NCBI RefSeq assembly: GCF_001194135.2
Contig: NC_069000.1
Span: 34,097,584 to 34,140,304, forward strand
From: Octopus bimaculoides
Taxonomy: Eukaryota
Direction: 5' to 3'
DNA length: 42,721 bases
The notes beneath the pieces are model-generated. The model ran no database searches. It had not been told where the DNA came from and worked only from the letters and a program-made list of their open reading frames with translations. A program made the position numbers and the translations under genes. Position 1 is the first letter of the stretch, and each line of letters opens with the position of its first letter. Below are positions 1 through 11,700 of the stretch, in pieces.

Positions 1-1700
1 GGCTGCTTAGAAAAGAATCACTGTATAAGCTTAGTGGTGTCTACCATGAGACATGATGATCTGGACTTCTGGAACAGCTTCATCTATCGAAGAGATTGAC
101 TCATCATCACCAATTATTGAGATTGAAAGAAGAGGTTAGTTTTGCTTTTGAGATATTTTCTGTTGCAGATAAGGATCACATCTGCAGACAACCAACTTGT
201 GATAACTATGTGATAGAAGATTCATGATGAATTGGAGGAAGCTAGTGCTGACCAGTAGAATATCTAATGAAATCTGTTTGCACTTGTGATGGAATGCAAC
301 TAATTGTTACCAAAGTTATTACTGTCCTGACGTGATCATCTACAAATGTCAACAAGACTGGTAAATTAGGAGGAAAGAAGTGGTTTCTTTTGCTTTGTTT
401 TCAGACATTTTCATATTTAATGAGTTGGACAAGGAACTAGTGATGATTATGATGGATTATCAGGAAGCTGATGCCAACTTATTGAACATCTGGAGATTGA
501 TGGTGACTGGCAACTGTGGAACATGAAGACTAGTGGCAAGTGTTGTAGAACATCTCATGGAAGCTGGTTGAAATATCTAATGAAAGCTGCTTACAAGAGA
601 ACCTCAACATAGCACAGTGATGTCTATTGTGAAACATGATGGTTGAGGATTTATGAACTTCTGAGACAGCTTTATATATTGAAGAGAATGTGGTTCATCA
701 TTGCTCAATTGTGAGACTGAAAGAAGAGGTGAGCTTTTCTTCCATAGATAAGGATAACATCTGTAATTAACAACCAGCTGGTGAGAATTCCCTAATGGAA
801 TATTTGTGACAAATTGATAACTATATGGTAGAGTCTGCTTGAGGATAATTGTCTGGTAGGATGTACTACAGTAGTTGATGCTTACTGATAGAACAGTCTA
901 CTGGAAACTAACAAAAAGGGGACAGACCATGTAATGAAAGTTGGTGGACATCTGCAAATGTTGACTGGTTGACTTTGGAAGAAAGAAGTGGTTTGTTTTG
1001 CTTAATTTCAGGCTTTTTGGAATCTAACAAGTCAGACAAACTTGTGACAACTTTGGAGCTTCTAGTGGAGATTTGAATCTGTGGTGAACTGCAATGGAAC
1101 ATCTAATGGAAATTGGTGGCAACTGTCTAACAGAAAATGGTAGAGACTCTGGAGAAGTTGATGGTGATTTGAACATCTGAGACAACTTAGTATATTGCAG
1201 AGACTAGCTTATCATTGCTGACTTGCGACACTGAAAGAAGAGGTGAGTTTTTCTTTTCAGATGTTTTCTTTTGCAGATAAGAATAACATCTGGAATTGAC
1301 AGCCAATTGGTGAAAACTGCTTGGAGTTTCTTTGTGGAAAATTGTCTGATGGATAACACAGTGGAAGATGGTGCTTACTAATAGAACATTTATGTACTGG
1401 AAAAATGGTAGAAAGGCTGTTGGCAGTTTTCATAGAATACAAATTTAGATTCCTGCTTATATACAACTGCAAATGTTAACAGGACTGGTGACTTGGGAAG
1501 AAAAATGTGGTTTGATTGCCTTGATTTTCAGGCTTTATCGTCCTTGTGACTGGTGAAACAAGAAACTGGAGGCAACTGTGGAATATCTAATGAAGACTGG
1601 TGCCAACTATGATGGAATATTTGAAGGAGATTGGTGGCAACTGTTACGGTACGTCTGATGGAGGTTGGTGGCAACTATGATGGTACATCTGATGGAGGCT

Positions 1701-2358
1701 GGCGGCAACTGTGATGGAACATCTTACGAAGAATGGTGGCAACTTTGGTGGAACATCTTACAAAGAATGGTAGCAACTGTGATGGAACATCTTATGAAGA
1801 ATGGTGGCAACCGTGATGGAACATCTTACAAAGAATGGTAGCAACTGTGATGGAACATCTTATGAAGAATGGTGGCAACTGTGATGGAACATCGTACAAA
1901 GAATGGTGGCAACTGTGATGGAACATCTTACGAAGAATGGTGGCAACTTTGGTGGAACATCTTACGAAGAATGATGGCAACTGTGATGGAACATCTTACG
2001 AAGAATGGTGGCAACCGTGATGGAACATCTTATAAAGAATGGTAGCAACTGTGATGGAACATCTTATGAAGAATGGTGGCAACTGTGATGGAACATCGTA
2101 CAAAGAATGGTGGCAACTGTGATGGAACATCTTACAAAGAATGGTGGCAACTGTGATGGAACATCGTACAAAGAATGGTGGCAACTGTGATGGAACATCG
2201 TACAAAGAATGGTGGCAACTGTGATGGAACATCGTACAAAGAATGGTGGCAACCGTGATGGAACATCTTACAAAGAATGGTGGCAACCGTGATGGAACAT
2301 CTTACGAAGAATGGTGTCAACTGATTATGGAACATCTTACGAAGACTGGTGGCAACTG
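1701..2358. repeat. 34-bp minisatellite (GGTGGCAACTGTGATGGAACATCTTACGAAGAAT), ~19 copies
   Basis: GAACATCTTA occurs at 1751 and 1785 (period 34); units are near-identical. Confidence 0.95.
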
Positions 2359-3552
2359 AAAAAATATCTAGGGACAAGTCACTTTATCTTTACAGGTATT
2401 TACTTTGCAGATGAGGATAACATTCAAATGTTGAGAGGAGTGGTAACTTTGGAGGGAAGAGTTGGCTCATTTTGCTTCATTTCAGAACATTTGTTTACTG
2501 GAAATTGGTAAAAAGGGTGACGACAATTTTCATGGAATGCAAGTTTAGATTACAACCAAAGTTATGATGGACCTACTTTTAAATATCTATGAATTTAACA
2601 GGACTGGTGACTTGGAAAGGAAGAAGTGTTTTGATTTCCTTGATTTTCAGGCTTTTTTAGTACGTGTAAATTGGTGAGACAAACTGCGGACAGACATTTG
2701 TGATGAAAGATCTGATGGAGGCGGGTGGCATCTGTGAATGAATATCCAAAGAAGAATTCCTGGAATTAGGATGGTGCACCTGATGGAGGCTGATGAGAAC
2801 TGGTGACAACTGCAATGGAACATCTAATGGAGGATAGTGGCAATTACAGTGGAACATCTGGAGATTGGCATATGTGATAGAGCGTATGACAATTGATGGC
2901 AAGCGAGATGGAATTTGTAGCAACTCTGATTGGACATCTGTTTGCTGATAACAACAGGGAGGAACTTCTAATGGTGACTAGTGGCAACTGTGATCAAACA
3001 ATAGACAGACTAGTGACAATTGTGATGGAACATCTACTGGAAACTGGTGGTGACTGGGGTGGAATATCTAATGGAGAATGATTGCAACTGTGGAACATCG
3101 GACAGCTGTAATGGAACATGTGAATAGTGATGTTGGCAAGCTCATGATGGAAGTGGAGGTACGCTTTGTTTTTGATTTCAGGTTTATCTTGTCTAGGCAG
3201 TGGATGGATGATACATAAAACAAGTCTCCAAGTACAACAGTGAAGTCTACTATGAAATTTGATGGCTGGTGGTGACTTGAACAGCTGAGACAACTTCATA
3301 TATTGCAGAGACTGTGGGTGAGTTTTTCTTTTGCAGATAATTTGGTGGAATCTCTGTGACGAAAATAGTCTGATGGATAATGCAGTGGAAGATGGTGCCT
3401 ACTAATAGAACTTTTAAACATCTGCAAATGTTTGCAAAACTGGTGTCTTGGGAAGAAAAAGTGGTTTGATTTCCTTTATTTTCAGGCGTTTTTGTATGTC
3501 TAATTGGAGAAATAAGAAACTGGAGGCAACTGTGGAACATCTAATGAAGACT

Positions 3553-3734
3553 GGTGCCAACTGTGATGGAGCATCTTACGAAGAATGGTGGCAACTGTGA
3601 TGGAACATCTTACGAAGAATGGTGGCAACTTGATGGAACATCTTACAAAGAATGGTGGCAACTGTTGATGGAACATCTTACGAAGAATGGTGTCAACTGA
3701 TGATGGAACATCTTACGAAGAATGGTGGCAACTG
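3553..3734. repeat. Second block of the same 34-bp minisatellite, ~5 copies
   Basis: Same unit and same downstream flank (AAAAAATATCTAGRGACAAGTCACTTTATC) as 1701-2358. Confidence 0.9.
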
Positions 3735-4745
3735 AAAAAATATCTAGAGACAAGTCACTTTATCTTTACAGGTATTTACTTTGCAGATGAGGATAACATT
3801 CAAATGTTGACAGGAGTGGTAACTTTGGAGGAAAGAGTTGGCTCATTTTGCTTTATTTCAAGCTTTTTATTATCTAATGAATTAGACAAGAAACTGGTGG
3901 CAACTGTGTATATAATTCTGATTGGAATTTAGCAGCTGTGGTGAAACATCTAATGGAGATTGGCAACTGTGATGTAACATCAGATGGAGACAGGTGACAA
4001 CTGTAATTGAACAATGGATGGAGAGGTGGGTGACCAGACATCTGATGAAAGCTGGTGGCAGTTAGAATGGAATGCAACTCATTGTTGTTATGATGGATCT
4101 GGCAATTGTGGTGGAACTTCTGATTTAGATTTGCAACTGTGGTGTAACATCTGTAGATTGACAACTGGGATGGACCATCCGATGGAGATATGGCAAGTAT
4201 CAGGCTATCTGGTGACTGGTGTCAACTATGATGGAACATGATGAAAGCTGGTGAAAACTGGTAGAAGATTTAATAGAAGCTGCTTACAAAAGAATCTCAG
4301 TATAGCATAGTGATGATTGTTGTGAAATGTGATGGTGATAATTTGAACTTCTGAGATAGATTTATATATTGAAAAAGACTGGCTGATCATTACCAAATTG
4401 TGAAACTGAAAGAGGTGAGTATCTCCAGGTATTTTATTTTGCAGATGAGAGGACACTGGTGACAACTGTATAATGGAAGAATTGTGACATTGATGGTGGC
4501 TATATGGTGGAGGTTTGGCAAAAAAAGTGACAGAACACTGAATGAAAGCTGCTGGCCATTCTGATGGAATGCAGTTCTTACCACAGTTATGATTGTCCTG
4601 CCCTACAAATGTTCACAGGGACTGATGACTTAAAAGGAAAGAAGTGGTATGTTTTGCTTCATTTTCAGGCTTTATTTATATTTGTAATGAAAACTGGTGG
4701 CAACTGGATCATCTGGAGGCTGGTGTAAAATCTCATGGAGGTCAG

Positions 4746-5856
4746 TGGCAACTGTGATGAAACATCTTGTGGAGACTGCTGGCGACTGTGATGGAACATC
4801 TCGTAGAGACTGCTGGCGACTGATGGAACGTCTTGTGGAGACTGCTGGTGACTGATGGAACATCTCGTGGAGACTGCTGGCGACTGTGATGGAATATCTC
4901 ATGAAGACTGCTGGTGACTGATGGAACATCTTGTGGAGACTGCTGGTGACTGATGGAACACCTTGTGGAGACTGCTGGCGACTGTGATGGAACATCTCGT
5001 AGAGACTGCTGGCGACTNNNNNNNNNNNNNNNNNNNNNNNNNNNNNNNNNNNNNNNNNNNNNNNNNNNNNNNNNNNNNNNNNNNNNNNNNNNNNNNNNNN
5101 NNNNNNNNNNNNNNNNNNNNNNNNNNNNNNNNNNNNNNNNNNNNNNNNNNNNNNNNNNNNNNNNNNNNNNNNNNNNNNNNNNNNNNNNNNNNNNNNNNNN
5201 NNNNNNNNNNNNNNNNNNNNNNNNNNNNNNNNNNNNNNNNNNNNNNNNNNNNNNNNNNNNNNNNNNNNNNNNNNNNNNNNNNNNNNNNNNNNNNNNNNNN
5301 NNNNNNNNNNNNNNNNNNNNNNNNNNNNNNNNNNNNNNNNNNNNNNNNNNNNNNNNNNNNNNNNNNNNNNCTGGCGACTGATGGAACATCTTGTGGAGAC
5401 TGCTGGCGACTGATGACACATCTCGTGGAGACTGCTGGCGACTGATGGAACATCTTGTGGAGACTGCTGGCGACTGATGGAACATCTTGTGGAGACTGCT
5501 GGCGACTGATGACACATCTCGTGGAGACTGCTGGCAACTGATGGAACATCTTGTGGAGACTGCTGGCGACTGATGACACATCTCGTGGAGACTGATGGAA
5601 CATCTTGTGGAGATTGCTGGCGACTGATGGAACATCTTGTGAAGACTGCTGGCGACTGATGGAACATCTCGTGGAGACTGATGGAACATCTTGTGGAGAC
5701 TGCTGGCGACTGATGGAACATCTTGTGGAGACTGCTGGCGACTGTGATGGAACATCTCGTGGAGACTGCTGGTGACTGATGGAACATCTTGTGGAGACTG
5801 CTGGCGACTGTGTTGGAACATTTCGTCGAGATTGTTGGCGACTGTGATGAACATCT
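4746..5856. repeat. 32-bp minisatellite (GGAGACTGCTGGCGACTGATGGAACATCTTGT) with 34- and 22-bp variants; spans an N gap
   Basis: TGCTGGCG occurs at 5401, 5433 and 5465. Gap at 5018-5370. Confidence 0.95.
5018..5370. other. Assembly gap (353 N) inside a VNTR
   Basis: Run of N. Confidence 1.
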
Positions 5857-8020
5857 AATGATGCTGGTGGCAGATCTAGAATGCCTAATTAAAGCTGCAA
5901 ACAAAAGAATCTTCACATAGCACACTGACGTCTGTTGTGAAACGTGATCACTGCTGATGATTTGAACATCTGACACAGCTTTATATTTTGGTACGACTGG
6001 CATGTTATTGCTGATTTGTGTGACTGAAAGAAGAGTTCTTTTTAGGTACTTTACTTTGCATATGAGAATGATAAGTGTGGTGAAACTTCTACTGGTAACT
6101 AGTGGCATCTGTTATGGAATGTCTACAGGAGACAGGTGGCAACCTTTATGGAAAATTTGAAAACTGGTGGAAACAAAATGATGGAACATCTGGTTACTGA
6201 TGCCAAATGTGGTGGCACGTGATGGAGACTGATAACTGTGGTAGAACATCTAATAGGAGGTGATGACAGCACTGAAATGACTAGTGAAATTTGCTTACAA
6301 AAGCAAAGCATAATGATGATTATTGTGAAACATGAAGATCTGTGAACATTTGAAACAGCTTTATATATTGAAGAGACTGGCTCATCATTAGCTATTTGTG
6401 AGGTGGAAAGAAGTGATTTTCTTTTCAGGTATTTTCTTTTGCAGATGGGGATGACATCTGCAATTGACAATCAACAGGTGACAACTGTTGGATGGAAGAT
6501 ATTGTGACAAATTGGTGGAGGCTAGTGCTGACTAACAGAACATCTAATAAAAGCTGTTGGCAGTTAAGATGGAATGCAACTAATTCTTACCAAAGTTATG
6601 ATTGCCCTGACATGAACATCTACAAGTGTTACCAAGACTGGTGACTTAGGAGGAAAGAAATGGTGCATGTTGATTCATTTTCAGGCTTTTGTATTTACAT
6701 CTGTAATGTGTCCAACATGAAACTGGTGACACCTGTGGTGTATCATCTGGAAGCCGGTGGCAACTGCGACGCAACTTCTGATGGAATCTGGTGGCAACTG
6801 CGATGGAACATATGGAGACTGATGTCAGTTTTGATAGAACACATAAGGAAGGCTGATGACATCTCTGAAATGCCTAATGAACTTTAGTGGAGCATCTGGA
6901 GACTGGTGAAAGCTGTCATGAAACATTTGGCTGGTGGAAATTGTGATAGAGCATCTAATGGAGACTGGTGCATTTCTTTTTTCAGATAGCTTCTTTTGCA
7001 GTTAAAAGTGACATCTATTTGATGACTGGTCTTAGCTAATAGAAAATTATCTACTGGAAATGGTAAAATGGATGTCAGGACATCTAATGGAAGTTTTATG
7101 CAACTACAATGGAATGCATCTAATGATTATGATGGACCTGCCTTAAACATCTACAAATATCAACAGGATTGATAACATTAGATGAAAGAAGTGACTCATT
7201 CTGTTTCATTTTCAGGCTTTTTGATAACCTAATGAATCAGATATGGGTGGCAACTGAGAGAACCTCTGGAGAATGGTGACTACTGTGATGGAACACATAC
7301 CAAAGACTGGTTGAAAGTGTGGTAGAACCTGATGAAAGCTGCTAACAAAATCTCCACAAAGCACAGTGATGACTATTGATGATTTGGACATTTGGAAGAG
7401 ATTCATTTATCAAGTCATTGCCAATTTATGTAAGTGAAAGAAGAGGAATTCTTTTCAGATATTTTCTTTTGCACATGTGTATGTCATCTGTGATGGAACT
7501 TCTATTGGGGACTGGTGGCAGCTGTCCTGGAACAAAATGAAGACTTGTGACAACTGGTAGAACATTCAATGGAAGCTGGTGGCATCCCTGGAATGTTAAA
7601 TGAAAGTTGTGAAGGAACATCTGGAAACTGGTGGCAGCTGTGATGGAACATCTAATGAGAACTGGCAAGTCTTTCTTTTAGGTTTTTCTTTCGCAGATAA
7701 GGATGTGATCGACAATTGACTGGTGATGTCTGTGTGATGGAACATTTCTGAGAAGTTGGTGATAACTATTTGGTAGAATCTCCTTGTTAATTTTCTGATG
7801 GAATATACGATGGAAACTGCTGCTGATGAACTGAACATTGACTGGAAATTGGTAAAATGGGTGACAGGACATCTAAAGAAAGCTGTTGGCAATTGTGATA
7901 GAATGTGACAAATTGAACCTGTTGTAAACATCTACAAACATCCAAAGGACTGGTAACTTCAGAAGAAAGACAAGGCTCATTTTGCTTCATTTTCAGGCAT
8001 TTTTATATCTAAAAGAAACT

Positions 8021-8239
8021 AGTGGCAACTGTGTGGATCATCTGGAGACTGGTGGCAACTGCGATGGAACGTCTGGAGACTGGTGGCAACTGCGATGGAA
8101 CGTCCGGTGGCAACTATGATGGAACGTCCGGTGGCAACTATGATGGAACGTCTGGTGGCAACTATGATGGAATGTCTGGAGACTGGTGGCAACTGTGATG
8201 GAACGTTTGGGGACTGGTGGCAACAGCATTGGAACATCT
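8021..8239. repeat. 31/24-bp minisatellite (GGAGACTGGTGGCAACTGCGATGGAACGTCT / CCGGTGGCAACTATGATGGAACGT)
   Basis: GGAGACT at 8044 and 8075 (period 31); CCGGTGG at 8104 and 8128 (period 24). Confidence 0.9.
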
Positions 8240-8466
8240 AATGGAGACTGGTGAGTCTTTCTTTAAAGTATTTTCCTTTGCAGATGACGATGACATCTAT
8301 AATAGACAACCAACTGGTGATAGATGTGTGATGGAACATTTGGACACTGGTGGTGTATCTGGAGGCTGGCAACTGCGATGCAGCATCTGAAGATTGAATG
8401 CAACAGTGATGGAACATATGGCAACTGTGATGGTTCATCGGGAGACTGGTGGAACATCTGGACACT

Positions 8467-8710
8467 GATGGTGGTAGTGGTGGAACATCTGGTGACAGTG
8501 ATGAAACATCTGATGACTGATGGTGGCAGTGATGGAACATCTGATGACTGATGGTGGCAGTGATGGAACATCTGATGACTGATGGTGGCAGNNNNNNNNN
8601 NAGTGATGGAACATCTGATGACTGATGGTGGCAGTGATGGAACATCTGATGACTGATGGTGGCAGTGATGGAACATCTGATGACTGATGACAAAAGTGAT
8701 TGAACATCTG
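8467..8710. repeat. 31-bp minisatellite (GATGGTGGCAGTGATGGAACATCTGATGACT), with a 10-N gap at 8592-8601
   Basis: TGGTGGCAG at 8521 and 8552. Confidence 0.9.
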
Positions 8711-11700
8711 GAGATTAGCAAGCTCTTTTTAAGTATTTTCTCTTCTTGCTGAGGATGATATTTACCATTGACTATTAACTGATGGCAACTTTGTGATGGA
8801 ACATTTAATGAAAGCTTGTTGCAATTGTAATTGAATGCAACTGATGATTATTATGAAAGTTATGATGACTCTGTCTTTAGACATCCACAGTTGTTGACTG
8901 ACTGCTGAGCTGGGAGACATGAAGTTGTTTGTTTTGCTTCATTTTTAGGCTCTTCGATATCTAATGAGTCTGTCCATAAGTGCAATGGAAACTAATAACA
9001 GTTGTAGTAGGTCATCTGGTATAGAGTTGGTGGCAACTGGCAGGACAGTTAATAGAAACTGATGACCTAGCAACAGTGGCTGGACATCTGATGAAAGTTG
9101 ATTGCAAATGTGATGACCATGTAATGGAAACTGGCTTGGGAGATTGAAAGAAGTGAAATTTGTTTTTAGATGTTTTTTTATTGCAGATACAAAAGTTCTG
9201 ATTCAGTGACTGTGTATCTGGTACCAGGTGGTTATTGTACTGTATAAATCATAAACTGCTGGACTATTCATTCAAGAGAGGAAGAGAAAAGTGGAATTCT
9301 AATAGTGACATAATTGAAGAAACTGACATTCACATGGAACATTTTTGAACGGAAAATGGTGAGTTTTTGGTGAAATATCTGGCTACTGATGACAATATGA
9401 TGAAGCAATCTACAGGAAGCTGGTCTAACATATCTGAAAAGAAAGTGTAATGGCTCTGTTGTAGAACATTGATGACAATTGTGTTACATGGTAAATAATG
9501 AATGCTTGTGAAGGACATGGAATCGTAGCTAGTGACAAATGCAACAGGCTATCTAATGGAAGTGATGACTTTGTGGAACATTAAATGGAAACTTGTGTTA
9601 AATATCCTAGAACAGCTTAAAGTTGTAATTGACTGTGAGGAAGAAGTGGAAGTATGATTTGCTTCAGTTTCAGGTTATTGGTAGCTGATCAATCACTGGC
9701 ATTCGCATATTAGTGAAAGTGAACGTGCATGCAACTGTAAAGGAACTGCTAATGACTGATTAGATGTCCAAAGGAAGCTGATGACAGCCGTGGAAAATCT
9801 GGAAGAAGTGGGTTTTTCTTTTGCAGATATCCTGTCATTGTGTGGAAATTGTGTTTCTGGTGCCAGATGTTTAACAACGGTTGTCAACTGCTGAACTATA
9901 CATGTGAGAGGAAGAGAAAGAATTGATTGTGAATATATGAGGTTGACATCTGTAATTGACAAAACTGGTGAAAAGTGGGGTAGAATATTTATTACAAGTT
10001 GGTGATGAATGTGGTGGTATATCTAATGGAAGCCATCGAAACTGATGGAGCATATCTGAAAGGAAAGTGGCAACAGCTGTGATGTACATCTCTGAGGACA
10101 GTTTGTGTAACACAATAAATGATGGAGTATGGAATGAAAGTTGGTGACAGCTATGGCAGATTATCTGATGAAAGCTAATGAGAACTCTACTAGAATGTGC
10201 AATTGAAGCTGGTGACAACTGAGATGGAATGTCTGTTGTAAGCTGGTGATTAATTTGACAGAATATCTAATGGAAGCAACTGTGATAGGCCATCCAGTGG
10301 AACCTTGTGAAATCTCAGAGCATTACAGAAAACGTGGCGAGTGTCGTGGAATATCTTAAAGTTGTGTCTAACAGACTGGCCTGTGCAATAAACGGATGTG
10401 GAGGTATTATTTGCTTCACTTTCAGGTTGTTGACATCTGATCAATCATGGGGACCCTCTTATTAACAAAAGTGAATGTGCAGATGCATGTCAGAGAACTG
10501 GTGATGACTGATGGAACATCCAAGGGAAGCTGATGTAGTCTTATGAACAACTGTGATGGAGCATCTAATAGAAACTAGCAAGTGTCATGGAATATCTTAA
10601 AGCGATGTCTGACAGACTGGCCTATGATACAAAAAGTGGAGGTATGTTTTGCTTCATTTACAGATTATCTGATCAATTGCTGGTATCCACCTATTTACCA
10701 GAAGTGAATGTGCGTGTGTGACTGACAAGAATCTATTGACAACTACACTACAACATGCAAAGGAAGCAAATGACATGTCATTGACAACAGTGGGACATTT
10801 AATGGAATCTGGTGACCTGAGAGACAAGAAGTGGAGTTTTTTTTGTTTCAATTTCAGGATTATTGTAATGCGACCATTTGGCAGTCAACTGATATTTAAA
10901 ACAAAAGAATTTCCTTATAGCAGAGTGATGTCTAATGTCCAACATCATATATGGTGGCTGGTGATCTGAACATTTGAGACAACCTTTTGCATTGAAGAGA
11001 CTGGCACATCATTGCTTATTTGTGAGATTGAAAGAGGTGGTGAGATTTTCTTTTCAGCTAGTTTCTGTTGCAGTTATCCTGTCATTGAGTGGTACTCACA
11101 TGTCTAGTACCAGGTGTTTGGTGTGTAACAGCAAAGATTGGCAACTGCTGAACCATGAACATGGAGGGGAAATAAAATTGTGACAGATGGTGAAAGTGAA
11201 TATGTTGACATCCATAATTAATGAAGCTGGTGACAACTTTGTGAAGGAAGATCTGGTTACTGATGATAATGTGAAGGAGCTGGAATGTCTTATTATATGC
11301 TGGTGACGAAAGTGGTAGTATATTCAATGGAAGCTGGTGACAGTTGTATGGTGGAAAATCTAAGGACGACCTGTGATGCAATAAATTAATGGATGCTGTT
11401 GAACATGAAATGGAAGCTGGTGGCAATTGTGATTGAATATGATGAAAGGTATTTACTAACTTCATGAAGGACCTCTTTGGCACCTAAAGTTGTGGCTGAG
11501 TATTGACCTGTGAAAGAAAAGAAGTCGAGGTTTGTTTTGCTTAATTTTCAGGCTATTGGCATCAAAATGTGTTGATTGTGAAAGTGACTATAAAGGTGAT
11601 GTCAATAATTGACAAAACTGGTGGCAACTTTGTGATGAAGCAGTGTAATAGAATCTGGTACTGACTGAGATGACTGAAACATCTGATGGAAGCTAATAAG

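Noticed and set aside
3260-11425. Chi-like GCTGGTGG octamers in array A
   Set aside because: Chi is specific to bacterial RecBCD; the few matches are expected variants of the ACTGGTGG core.
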